DNA from: Schizochytrium sp. TIO01 | Lineage: Eukaryota > Protista > Bigyra: Labyrinthulomycetes | NCBI GenBank assembly: GCA_004764695.1 | Contig: SMSO01000025.1 | Span: 4,814,862 to 4,878,861 of the forward strand | DNA length: 64,000 nucleotides | Direction: 5' to 3' | In this document: piece by piece, positions 24,564 to 35,800 of the stretch | Position numbering within the stretch: the stretch's first letter is position 1 | Layout of the letters: each line of letters begins with the position of its first letter | Translations under genes and position numbers: made by a program | Notes under the pieces: generated by a model | Databases searched by the model: none | What the model was told of the DNA's origin: nothing | What the model saw: the letters and a program-made list of their open reading frames with translations, nothing else

Positions 24564-25424
24564 TTATTTAAGGGTAGCATTGCACGAATCCTCGAGGATT
24601 GCCTTCTCACAAGCAGACTCGTCGAAGACATCCGAGGGGACCACGAGCTGGGCGTTGGAGCTAGCGCAGGCCAAAGTGCCAAGGACGAGGTTAGTGGGGT
24701 AGTCCTTCTTGACCTTGAAGAGGACCCTTGACTTGCCGTCGAGCTTGAGCTCGCCAGCCTTCTTCTCAGCAGCAGCGATGGCCTCCTTCTGGGTCATCTC
24801 ACTCTTGGTGGATCCTGAAGCGCCGTCAATCTGGACAAAGAAGGGGGCGTCGTCCTTCTCGGCGATGTTCTCAAGGCGGTTGGGGATGGCGTTGTACAGA
24901 AGGATGTCGCGGAAGCGGTGCATACCGGCCACAGCAGAAATACCGGTGTGGCAGATGTACTTAAGCTCAGGGTAGGCCTCGAGCTTGAGCTCCACGGACT
25001 GGTCAAGGCGCATGCCCTTGAGCTCAGGCAAGAGCTCGTAGACCACGCTGATCTTATCCGGAGAGATGAAGAGGACAGAGCACTTGTTGTTGGAGAGGAT
25101 ACGGCCGAGGCTTTCCTTGGTGAGTTTGTCGGAAGAGCTAGCAGAGGCGACCTTCATTCCAGCGTTGGCGGCACCAAGCATCACGCTCACATTCTCAGCG
25201 TTGTTGCCAAGCACAGCACCAACGCAGCTGCCAGGGCCTAGGCCTACATCAACAAGACCAGAGGCGAGAGCCACACTGTGGTCGTGCAGGTTCGCGTAGG
25301 TCCAGCGGATGTTTTGATGTGTCACACGAAGAGCGCTCTTGGTAGGGAACTCAGCGAGCTGCTTCTCGAGAAGGGACTTGACCGCGAAGGTCGCGAGGCC
25401 ACGGCGCTGCATGAACATCTGCAT
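24564..25424 (-). CDS. Truncated AMP-binding (acyl-CoA synthetase/ACSF2-like) protein, probably mitochondrial and non-catalytic
   Basis: IRWTYANL...ALASGLVDVGLGPGSCVGAVLGNNAE matches the adenylate-forming N-terminal subdomain; YELLPEL...YPELKYICH is ACSF2-like. Presequence-like MQMFMQRRGLA. Only 286 aa. Strong AAG/GAG/C-ending codon bias indicates an expressed gene. Confidence 0.8.
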   Translation of the reverse strand: MQMFMQRRGLATFAVKSLLEKQLAEFPTKSALRVTHQNIRWTYANLHDHSVALASGLVDVGLGPGSCVGAVLGNNAENVSVMLGAANAGMKVASASSSDKLTKESLGRILSNNKCSVLFISPDKISVVYELLPELKGMRLDQSVELKLEAYPELKYICHTGISAVAGMHRFRDILLYNAIPNRLENIAEKDDAPFFVQIDGASGSTKSEMTQKEAIAAAEKKAGELKLDGKSRVLFKVKKDYPTNLVLGTLACASSNAQLVVPSDVFDESACEKAILEDSCNATLK

Positions 25425-25474
25425 CTTGATTGGTCAATATTAGGACTGGCTATGCACGTCGCTTGACTGTCTGT

Positions 25475-25501
25475 GAAGAAGAAGAAGAAGAAGAAGAAGA
25501 A
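25475..25501. repeat. (GAA)9 microsatellite; on the minus strand a pyrimidine tract ending in CACAG, a possible 5'UTR splice acceptor
   Basis: Repeat read directly; the acceptor role is inference. Confidence 0.85.
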
Positions 25502-28196
25502 CGGAGAAAAACAACGAAGACGAAGACGACCACGACCTCGACAACGACGAAGACCAACGACGACCTGGGAAGGGAGAGAGAGAGAGGGTCAAAGACTGGA
25601 CGGGGAGAAAAGGGACCTCGCGAGGCCTTTACAATCCGCACCACACGCCGGACTCCACGCGCCGACAATCCAATCCACAATTGATCGAGTGAGCAAGCAA
25701 GCAAGCAAGCACCCCTTTGATTGCCTAATAGCTGAAGCCTCCTTCCCTTAGTGATCCTATAACAAGCACCTCCACAAGGAGCCACGCAGTGGTTACCACC
25801 TTAATTATGAGGATTCTATTCACACACTTGCCATGCTCCTCGCCAGAACATTTAAGGTGTAATTGTGGGGCCCCTAGAAACAACATCAGATTGTCAGAGC
25901 CCTGGGAAATCAACTAGAGGGGCCATTGGAGGAGGGAAGGACAAAGGACAAATCTGCAATTCTTCAAGATCATTCTCACACCGAAAGCCAGGAGAAAATG
26001 CAAGGTGCATGTAGAATTGCAGAGGAACTTCTTGACTTTCCAGTGTATTTGGAGATTTTAGATAAACTGCAGGACATAGAGAAATTTCAATATTGATTTA
26101 CAAAGATCTCTTGTTCTGGATATCAGATACTAACCAGCCCTGTTACTGGGTAGTATTGAGGCCTTAGGCCATATGATGTAGGTAGATAGCCGCCTAGTAT
26201 TTATCCTACTCCGTACTGTTCGTTCGTTCATTTGTCTATTATAATAGGTAAGTAGTACACTAGGTATTACCATTAAATAGTTAGTACATGCGATGTTAAC
26301 TAGAAGGCACTAAAGACAGTTAGCCTACTATACTACTCTCACTGGTCAGAGGTAACAAGTTAGAATCATTTAGCTTGGAAAAACTCAAGCCAAAAGGATC
26401 ACGTATAACCACTATGCTCAGGGGTAGATAATGAATGTGAACCACTGAGTATGGTAAAAACTTAGGCCAAAGCAATCAAAGACACATTGCTCAAATAGCT
26501 ACCTAGGTAGGTGGAATGTAGTCCTGCTCGCTAGGGTTTTCTTGTGGACTTACACAGGAGACAGAAGTAGTGGTAATGCTAGCACTAATTAGTGCTACTA
26601 TCAGAACATGACATCTTTGCATCAATGAGACTCTTGTCCAGGTGCTGCCTAAGTACCTAGACACGACTCGGCAAAAATCATTCATCATACCCACGTAGGC
26701 CTACCTATCTAGTGTCGAAAATCTCAAGATCATGAGACTCCAAACTCGGCGGATAAGACCTTTGAAGGCAAGACAGATGTGCAATTTGAGCAGATGCACA
26801 GAAAGCATGCATTGCATACCACCTCTAATGGTGCATGACATTTGCACTAAAAAATGTGCCTCTTTTGTATGTGGAGTGCGTTTTAAAATATATTGCAAAG
26901 GCAAAAGATTAGTTATGGTTTACAAAGCGAACAGCCATATTTTCTGAACTGAAAAGGATCCCAGTGGAGGAATCAATAAGCCGCTTCCAAATGTAGCAGT
27001 CCCACTCAATTGGGCAAAAATCATTTTGCTTAGCATTATGCTACAGGAATTGGACTCAAAAGCACATTTCTTTTACCCAAGTCAGGTTAGAGTGGTAATC
27101 CCTTTCAACAGTTCAAGCGGAGTCTTAGCACACATGCAAGCATTAGAAAAGATAAAAGTTGTATAGTCATAAATTTTGGGTTTTCTCTGTGCACGAAATG
27201 AAAACCTGAAGAGAAGAAGAGGGATGGTTTTGGAGTTCTTCTCACAATTTTTTTTTTTAACTTTAAAGAACTAAAAAAACTTAGCGAATTATGATTGATC
27301 AGGACGATAAAGATAACATCTTTCAAAACATGTGAGGAGTGAAAAAAAAACAATGGTTTGCAGCTTGGTCTTAGGTGTTACTACGAAGCATATGTTCTGG
27401 GTTGGGTGAAAACTTATGTGTTGACCTGTGTTTAATCCAACTTAAATATATATAGCATTGATGTTTATTGACGGGTGAGAGTAGATTTTTATGATTTTAA
27501 TTCTTTTATAAATAGAATTATCAGTACTTGCTTTCCTATTAGTACATACATATGTACTAGTAGAAGTCTTTTCTAATTCTAGGTATATAGGTACTTCAAC
27601 TAGTAGTTGTAGCGTTCTTACGTCCATTGGGTGGTTGATGGGTTGATTGATTTTTTGCTTGCCTCCTTTGGACTTTCAGAAAGCAAGTCAGCCAGACGAT
27701 TAAAAACTCAAGCAATCAGGTTGACGGATTGGCGGGGTGGCGATTAGACTCGACGATCGAACTTGACTGCGTCCATCAAGACATTGCAAGCGAACTTTGC
27801 TTCTGATAAAGCATACCTGTTGTCAAAGAGTCTCCACTGGTATAGCACAAGCGGTGGTGAAGCAATCAACAATCAGCAGCGGCCAGCCAGCCAGTGCTCA
27901 ACCACTTGCGGCCACTTCTTTCAGCCAAAAGAAGTCTCAGTGCCTAAGAACTTGGACCTAAGCACAACAAATCCTCAGATCTGCATAGAACGAGACACCG
28001 AGAAGAAACCTTCAGACTTCTTCCCGCTGACGGAGGCAGGCGTAAGCAGCAGCATCGCTTACCGAGACCAAACAATAAAGTTGATTGAACAGGATCAACT
28101 AGACAAGTCTAGCAAAATCAGAATCGACATTAACACCAACCTCCAAGTATAGAATAGAAGTTATTAAACGTCAGCAGTGTTAAAACTTGCACAAAA

Positions 28197-31100
28197 ATGG
28201 CTGTCACCCCTCACACGAATAAAAAGCGGCAGCGGGAAGAAGATGATGTGGATTCATCTCTTGAGCTTTTGCGAAAAAAGGAGGTAAAACTGCTCAAAGA
28301 GCAATGCGACCTAGCGGATCGCTTTTTACAAACCCTTCCGATCCCAGCAAAGACTATGGATCATTGTCAAGACTCCAAAGAGGATACCTTCCTATCCCTA
28401 CGGATTTCTGCTTCTGAAATGGCTCTTCTTCGTGCAGTTGTAGACTGGGGATGTGGTGCTGTTTCTATCGATCCAAGTAACGCGAGAGTTTGGCAAATTC
28501 TCTCCGAAGCTGCTCAGAATCTCGCACGCTGCTCTGGGTGGGGTATTTTGCCCTCCAAGCTTGGCAGCAAAGTGTTCGGAGCCTTAGAGAAATCCATCAG
28601 ACAAAATGAAAATGCAGAGCTTCTGATTGTGCTCTCTACAATTGTACGTGTCTTTACTACCAAGCTTGGATTTCGTCCAGACTTCAATATCGTCGTTTCT
28701 CTCATTGCAACAACATGTGAAGCAATTTCAGAGTCAGCCTCAGAGGCTTGTTTGGATGCCACTGTGCAGTTGCTTCAACAGGCGAGCATTCATTTTACTG
28801 CATTGGCCAACGCGCAACCTGCCAAAAAGCTGGTGGAAACAGTTGTTAAGAAACTTCTCAAGGCTATGGCAAATGCTCGCTTCAAAATAGGTTCAAAACA
28901 AACGGTCAAACTCTTTCCCCTTCCCACTCTTGGTGTCGCGGCTACCGATGCCACAACCTCAGTTTTGAAATCAAATTCTCAAAACAAAAATTCTCCTTCT
29001 TACAAAGGGATCCGCTGCATCGACAACATTCTTCTGAAAACATTCTTTTGTGAGGAAGCTCTAGAGCAATTTGACCAGGCCTGTCTGCACTGGCAAAATA
29101 AAGAATCAAACCAAAAGGCGAAGCGAATGACTAGCTACATATCTACCCTCTATGATGCCCTGCGGGAGGGTGCAGCCCAAGGAGCACAGCCTCTGTGTGA
29201 AATTATTCCAGTCTTAGCGAAAATGTATTTCACAGCTATGCAGAAGCAGGCCTCGTCGGATGCAAAAAAGTCTCGCAAACTCCGTTCAGAGATGAAGGTG
29301 TGTGTCGAGATGTTACACATTACCGCCTGTGGATCTCGTTTGCCAGCTGCTACCATGGCTGGTGCTGCAACTCTTCGCGCAATGATCGATCATAATATAT
29401 TTGAAATTTCAAAGGTAGCCGACACTGAGCAAATTCACATGTGGTTTTGCAGCATGCTTCTAGATTGGAAAGAGTCTGAATTAGTGGAACCCGAACATTT
29501 GTCTAGTCTCTGTGCTGCTCAGGTTTATGTGATTGCTTTAATTCTGGAGGCTGATCATCGTGTTGTTCACGAACAATTGCAAGAGGTTCTTCAACTTGCC
29601 TTCCGGATGTCAAGGGCATATGCGAACGATTGTGCAAAGGACTTAAAATGCAAATGGAGTACCTCAGATTTGTCATATCTTCCCGGGACAGAGCTGCTCC
29701 TGCGTTTGGCAGACACCTACACTCGTTTGCGCCAGATGCCTAACTTTCTGGAGCTATACACTACGACAATGGAAGCAGACTCTGCTCTTGCTCTTCAGGC
29801 CTTGTTGGGTGATGAGAACGTGCAAGCTGGCTTTGGAAGTCTCTTTGTGCGCGTTCCTCTCGCTCAGAATTCTCAGATTTGGGACATTTTTAGCAAGGCA
29901 ATTGATCGCAATCTTTCTGTGGATGATGATGGTAGTCCTGGGGTGGATGAAGCGTCGCAACTTACAACTGAAACCTGTATTGTTACCCTTTTTGTGTGGT
30001 TTATGCGATATGTGACGGTGTCAGAGTTTAGCTCAAAACAATTAGCACAGCTTGCTCATAGTATGTCACACAAGATTGAGACCTCCTTAAAGGTTACTGG
30101 GTTCGCCACTAGTGACCTATTGCTGTTTGATGCTCTTGAATCTCTTGAGCACCTTTGCGCTGCTTGGCAATTCAGTGAGCAGTCAAATATGGAAGATGAG
30201 GAAGGTGTGACGTCTATTGATATCAATCAACCTGAAGTTGGGCCTACAGGTCGTTCTCCTGACGCGCTATGCAGCCTGGTCCTCCGCTTTGAGGACCCCG
30301 TGAACTCAGAATTGGAAAAGGTGTCTCCGTTGTTGCGAGAAAATGCAAACAGGACTCTGTGTCGCCTTGCGCTGGCGTGTTTGCGTAATGGGCCATTGTC
30401 CAGCGCGCATCTGGGTGAAATTGTTCGCCTACTGCTCGCAAATGTGGAACAGCAAAGTGATATTATTATCGAACACCTGGCCCTATTGGATTCGTCAGAA
30501 GTATTTGGCGAAGTTATCTCTCACACCCTACTTCTGGTTTTACAGCAAAAAAAATTAGAACCTTTTTTGCGTGCCAATTTCTACGAGCTCCGATTTGTAC
30601 GCCAATGCTTCATTCAAGTTCTGTGTGAGTCTCTCAAAAAGCACGCTCTCGCGGCAACTGAGCAAAAGGATTTTGTTCTGCAATGTATTGGAGCGTTGCC
30701 AATCGATTATTTACGCGAAGAGGATGCGCGACGCTTGCTGCAACTTGTTAGACTGAATGCAGGTGAGACAATTACAAGACCTTCTGTTCTTCAAATGTGC
30801 ACATCCCTTTTGTCTCAGCATGGCGCTCTCTGTCGTGAAGATTATTTGAAAGACTTTGTTCGTGCAATTGTTTCACATGGTGGTAGGGATGCCGACAGTG
30901 AAGACCAAACTATGCTTGAGCTATTGCAGGCTTGGTCTCTTGCAAGCCTTGAAGTGGGTGCTGCAGAGGAGTACGCTAAAGTTGTGCGTTTAGCATTAGA
31001 AAAACCAGGTGAAGGCGCACGGGTGATGTTGCAAAGTTGCGTAAAATTTTACGAAGAGAAAATTTCTGCAGTTGGGGGTCAACAACAGCAGTCCCAGGAC

Positions 31101-32300
31101 CAATCTCACCCCCCAGTCATCTTGCAAGCTCTCAAACTTCCATTTAACCTTTCGCTTGGTTTCACAGCGGTGGCAGTGGACTTTCAGGCTACTGTTATTC
31201 GCCAGAGCTTTGATGAAGCAACATCTCAACTTTTGTTGGCGAAGTTGGAGTCTCTTCTTAAGAATGACCGGACTCTTCTCAGTGAAGAAGCCGGGTTTGT
31301 TGGAGCTATGTCTCGCGCATCGCGGAAATGTTTTCAGAGTGCAGATATTGATGACAAGTTTAGCAAAGTTTTATGCCCTCAAAGAATCATGCAGGTACTT
31401 CTACTGAGCCATGAAACTTGTGGTGTGAAGGAGACTGTAGCTGGCATACTGGCTACCGCAAATTGCCAAAAAGAGCTGCCCGCCCTTCTTATTGAATTGG
31501 CAACCTACATGGATTCCAACGAAGATGTCCTCCCACTGTTTATTTATGTTCTTCCAGCTCTCACACGCCGAGCATCTGACCGGCATAATGCATTTGACCG
31601 CACCGTTGGTGCTTCTGTTTTAGCAAGCTTACTTCGGCATGGCATTACTATAAGACGTACAGATCTCCTTTGTGCATGCATTGCTGCGCTTAGAGAGCTT
31701 CTGGTCTATAGCCCCAAACTGTGGCAAACAGTACGTCTTCAGCACACCCGAACGGCTTTGAACGTAGTCGCTAAATCTTTGAGTGACGCCATCAAGAATG
31801 TAGATACTATTCTCTGCAAGGCAAGTAGTGAGCTTCTTTTCTCCCTTGCCAAGTGTCATGGTCCTTCACTCTCCCGCAAATGCCCGGCTCTTGCCATGAC
31901 TGTTCTGTGTGCCGCCTGCAACACTGCTGTCACTATTAGCAAGCTTGCTAATTTAGATGCGAAGGGAGGTCTAGAGAACTCTTCTAACACACTTGCCCTA
32001 ACCTGGCAGACACTTGTCCGAGTATGCGAAGAGTACACCCAGTACACTACAATCTATCGCCACTATGCTGTCTATTGGCTTTCGTCTTTCTTTAGTGCTC
32101 GCAACGGTTGGTCTAGCGGGGCTTTGCTCTCCTCCAAGGATCGGGACGCGCTGGAGCTCATGGCCTTTTGCTGGATTGATGTTTGCACTAGCGTTGAGAT
32201 TCAACAATTGCATGCTCTCTTTGATGAAGGCGAACGTGAGTCTTTGAAACAGGTACGCGAGAAGTATAATCGAAAACACAAGTACAAGGGACTAGTGTAA
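28197..32300 (+). CDS. URB2: URB2/Npa2 nucleolar pre-ribosomal protein
   Basis: 1367-aa Leu-rich helical protein with N-terminal NLS-like KKRQR. C-terminus ...IDVCTSVEIQQLHALFDEGERESLKQVREKYNRKHKYKGLV matches the Urb2 C-terminal domain. Confidence 0.78.
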   Translation: MAVTPHTNKKRQREEDDVDSSLELLRKKEVKLLKEQCDLADRFLQTLPIPAKTMDHCQDSKEDTFLSLRISASEMALLRAVVDWGCGAVSIDPSNARVWQILSEAAQNLARCSGWGILPSKLGSKVFGALEKSIRQNENAELLIVLSTIVRVFTTKLGFRPDFNIVVSLIATTCEAISESASEACLDATVQLLQQASIHFTALANAQPAKKLVETVVKKLLKAMANARFKIGSKQTVKLFPLPTLGVAATDATTSVLKSNSQNKNSPSYKGIRCIDNILLKTFFCEEALEQFDQACLHWQNKESNQKAKRMTSYISTLYDALREGAAQGAQPLCEIIPVLAKMYFTAMQKQASSDAKKSRKLRSEMKVCVEMLHITACGSRLPAATMAGAATLRAMIDHNIFEISKVADTEQIHMWFCSMLLDWKESELVEPEHLSSLCAAQVYVIALILEADHRVVHEQLQEVLQLAFRMSRAYANDCAKDLKCKWSTSDLSYLPGTELLLRLADTYTRLRQMPNFLELYTTTMEADSALALQALLGDENVQAGFGSLFVRVPLAQNSQIWDIFSKAIDRNLSVDDDGSPGVDEASQLTTETCIVTLFVWFMRYVTVSEFSSKQLAQLAHSMSHKIETSLKVTGFATSDLLLFDALESLEHLCAAWQFSEQSNMEDEEGVTSIDINQPEVGPTGRSPDALCSLVLRFEDPVNSELEKVSPLLRENANRTLCRLALACLRNGPLSSAHLGEIVRLLLANVEQQSDIIIEHLALLDSSEVFGEVISHTLLLVLQQKKLEPFLRANFYELRFVRQCFIQVLCESLKKHALAATEQKDFVLQCIGALPIDYLREEDARRLLQLVRLNAGETITRPSVLQMCTSLLSQHGALCREDYLKDFVRAIVSHGGRDADSEDQTMLELLQAWSLASLEVGAAEEYAKVVRLALEKPGEGARVMLQSCVKFYEEKISAVGGQQQQSQDQSHPPVILQALKLPFNLSLGFTAVAVDFQATVIRQSFDEATSQLLLAKLESLLKNDRTLLSEEAGFVGAMSRASRKCFQSADIDDKFSKVLCPQRIMQVLLLSHETCGVKETVAGILATANCQKELPALLIELATYMDSNEDVLPLFIYVLPALTRRASDRHNAFDRTVGASVLASLLRHGITIRRTDLLCACIAALRELLVYSPKLWQTVRLQHTRTALNVVAKSLSDAIKNVDTILCKASSELLFSLAKCHGPSLSRKCPALAMTVLCAACNTAVTISKLANLDAKGGLENSSNTLALTWQTLVRVCEEYTQYTTIYRHYAVYWLSSFFSARNGWSSGALLSSKDRDALELMAFCWIDVCTSVEIQQLHALFDEGERESLKQVREKYNRKHKYKGLV

Positions 32301-32840
32301 ATCTATAACTTTTACTTAAGTTTTTAAATTTATGTGTTTCAAGTTATCTTCTTGATGTCTTTCTTTGCTCGTCGACCCTTGAAAACTTTCACTTTATCTA
32401 TTGAAACGCATTGAAACGCCAAGCTCATTTACGTTATAAAAGGCCCAGCAAACATGAAATTGTCTTTTCTATATTCTATACTGTTGGGGAAATGTCGCGA
32501 GCTAGTAGATTTAATGGGATAGAGGATGCAGATCAACGTGTTGCAACTTTGATCGCGCATGAGTTTGACTATACTGGACGACTTGAGGGTAGGAGCTATA
32601 ACTTAAAATTTGACAAGGCATAACAGAGAAACTTCGCATGCATCAGTCATCATCGTATAACTATAATATCTTGGGAACGAAAATGACGTTTTAGTTGATA
32701 GAAATAGTTACACTCATTTTTAAAATCTTCGCTCTAATAAAAAAAATCTAGTATTGCAAAAGAGGTATTTTAGTAATAGGATGGACGGAAAACAGCAAAA
32801 CGCGAAGACAAAAGTATAACAGTTTGTGGGAGCGTCAAGC

Positions 32841-35800
32841 TTATGCAACCTTTCGCGTATTTCTCCTCTTCTTCTTCTCCTTTTCACCGTTACGCCGCTT
32901 CCGACGACGTTTTGGCATGAGCTCTTCTTCCTCTAGACCTTGCCGACGCTCAGCTCGAGCCAATAGATATCGTTGACGAATTCGCCGACGAATGATAATG
33001 TAAGTGGCTACCATGCATAACAGTATAAAGCAACCAATCACAATTAACGTGATAGCATATCTTTCGTACCACTTTGGTTTGTAAATTATTAGATGGCAGG
33101 ATTTGAAAAGTCCAGTGTCATAATCCTTTATACCCTCGTAACCATCAACACATTGCAGAGTCCCCTCTATGTAACCAATCGGCGGATCCTGACCAAGCGG
33201 GGAATGCCATGGTTCTGCTGTCCAGTCCCCATTTTCATCAAGATATCCACGTGTTTTGCAAAAACATGTACAGGTATTTGGCGCAGTGCAGTTGCCTTGA
33301 GAAGCAAGGTAACCGTTATGAAGAAACTGTTTCGAAGTTTGACAAGGGTCCAGCTCAAAATCTCTAATCTTCTCTAGATCACTCGTCTTTAATTCCAGGA
33401 TTGTCTCCTCATCAGCACGCAGACGACATACAGGGGTTCCACAGTCATATCCAGTCCATCCATCAGCACATGTGCAAGTATCCGGGGCAGTGCACAGACC
33501 ACCATTTAAGCATCTATAGCAGCCCTCACTGCCTGGTTCCACTTCTGTACAAGTTTCATCGTAATCGCCTTGAACACAAATAGGGATTTGACATGCGGTA
33601 CCAGTATAGCCTGTTTTCGTTGCTTTGATATCTGGGTATAAAGCAGGGAGCAAAGAGTCCCACGAAGGACATGTGCAGTTGTCTTTAGCGTCGCAGCTTC
33701 CTCCGTTCATGCAAGACACAACAGTTGCATTTGGAAGTTTGTGACGACAAAGTGGTGTTTTGCAGTCACTACCATCATACCCATCAGGACAAGAGCAAAC
33801 GTCTGGAGCAACACAACTACCCATATTATAACATTTGTAAACGCCTTCCCCGGCAGGAGCACTCTCATCTTGGTACCATGTTGGAGTGACGCTAAGCTCA
33901 ACTGCAACAGAGACTGAGGTATTATGCAAGTATGCAGTTGCGTTGTTGCTTTGGCGAATATACCGTCCCTCATCATAGTCGCCTTGTTCCCATTCAAGAA
34001 CATTGCAGAGAAATCCTTCCGTGATGCCATCCTGAAAATCCGAAAAGCGTTTACTATGGTTATTACACCCACTTTGATAGCTACGTCCGTCATTACGCAC
34101 AACCTCGCCGTCTCCATAACTCCATGTACTGGTGAATAAAGTGCTAGTGGGATACTTTTTGCAATGGTCATACTTGCGCATCCTACACAAGCGATTCGAT
34201 TCGTCCAAAAATTCCTCGGGTTCAGCCCAGAGGGCTTCGTTGTACTCGCGCATTTTTGGATTCCATATTTTTACTGCCGGGATATCATTTGATTCCGTAT
34301 AAGGATAGTAAGGAGGTACGCTAAGATCACTTCGAAGAAGGTTGTTGTATGGCTCCTCTCCAAACAAAATTAATGTATATCCACCAAGTCGAACAGTACC
34401 AAGCGAGTCATTTGGTACAAATAACTCAGCTTGCGAGCAAATAGGCGTGGCGCAGTCATAGCCTGTCCATCCAGTGAGCTGAGGGTTACCTTGTGCATCT
34501 TGAAATAAGGGACGTCCACCATCGTGTTGACTGTCCCTCCATAGGCTCTGCCATCGTGGACAGGTACAGGTATCAGGTGCTGTGCAAAGACCATTATTGT
34601 TGCACTCCTGCGCACATAACGGTATTTCGCATTCAGTTCCAGACCACCCCTTTTCACAAGTACATGTGTTTGGCAGCGTGCAGTTTCCCATACCTTTCGA
34701 GAAAATGGTTTGTCCATTGTTGTCAAGGCCAAGATTTTCATCTTTTGATCTGGAGCAGCTCTGCTCGCATATCGGGATAGTACAGTCATCGCCTTCCCAA
34801 CCATCCGCACATTCACAAGTGTCTGGTGCTACACAAGTGGAATTATTTTTACACCCACGAAGGACTTGATCCGTACAGGCCCCGCCCCTTTGAGTCCATC
34901 TTCCGATTGCAAAAACCTTTTTATCCGTATAATTAACGTTTGCGCGGAAAGAACGGTTCGTATCGAGAACAGGCTCCCCAATGAGCTTTGTAATCACATC
35001 AAGCGCCTTTTCTGGAGCAGCAGGGCATGTACGATTGTACTCTACAGTACAAATGCCTTTTTTCCAGGATGTGCCTTCAATTCTCGTCCAGTATCCATTC
35101 CGCATCCACCCTTTATTTGTATTGTTTCCCCTGGGATCAGTGTGATTGTATGTAGCTGGCCAGCCCATATCTGTCCAGTAGTATGGTCGTTCAGGTTCTA
35201 GCTGGTACCGATTTTCTGGGCTCCACTCATCCGCATGATGATCCATGTAGTGAGAGTAATAATTAGGGTGTTCGTGCATATATGTGGAATTTTCCCATTC
35301 AGTAAAGGCACGAATAGAGCACTCATATAGTCCCTGATCAGGGAAAGGAGAGTCGACTATAGTTTCATTTTCTAATACTACATAAGTATTGTTCGACGAA
35401 AGATCCTCATTTGGATTTAAGTGGTACCCTTGATTACAAACAGGAATTCTGCAGTCAAAACCTTCCCAGCCAGGCGCGCACGTACAGACGTCTGGAGCGT
35501 CACATGAACCTCCGTTGGCGCAGACATATTTTCCTTGCCCTACCTCAGCCCAGCGCACATAAGCTATCATCCGATCTGACCCAGTGGCGTCCGGAGCCTG
35601 CCAATTGTCTAATTTTTGGAGGTAATCCTCAGCAAAAACGTCATCCGGCCCAGGCACAAAGGACGCATTCCATCCGTACGGTGTTTCCGGAGTATACCGC
35701 CAAAGATCAGTAATATCCCCATCTCCAGTTTCATTCTCATAAGGAAATGGCGTTCTCTCGCCAATTATAATCTCAAGCCGGTAGCATTGATGAGTTTCCT

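Noticed and set aside
27763-28152. 129-codon TTG-start ORF upstream of URB2
   Set aside because: No in-frame ATG and no motifs; better explained as an A-rich 5' leader.
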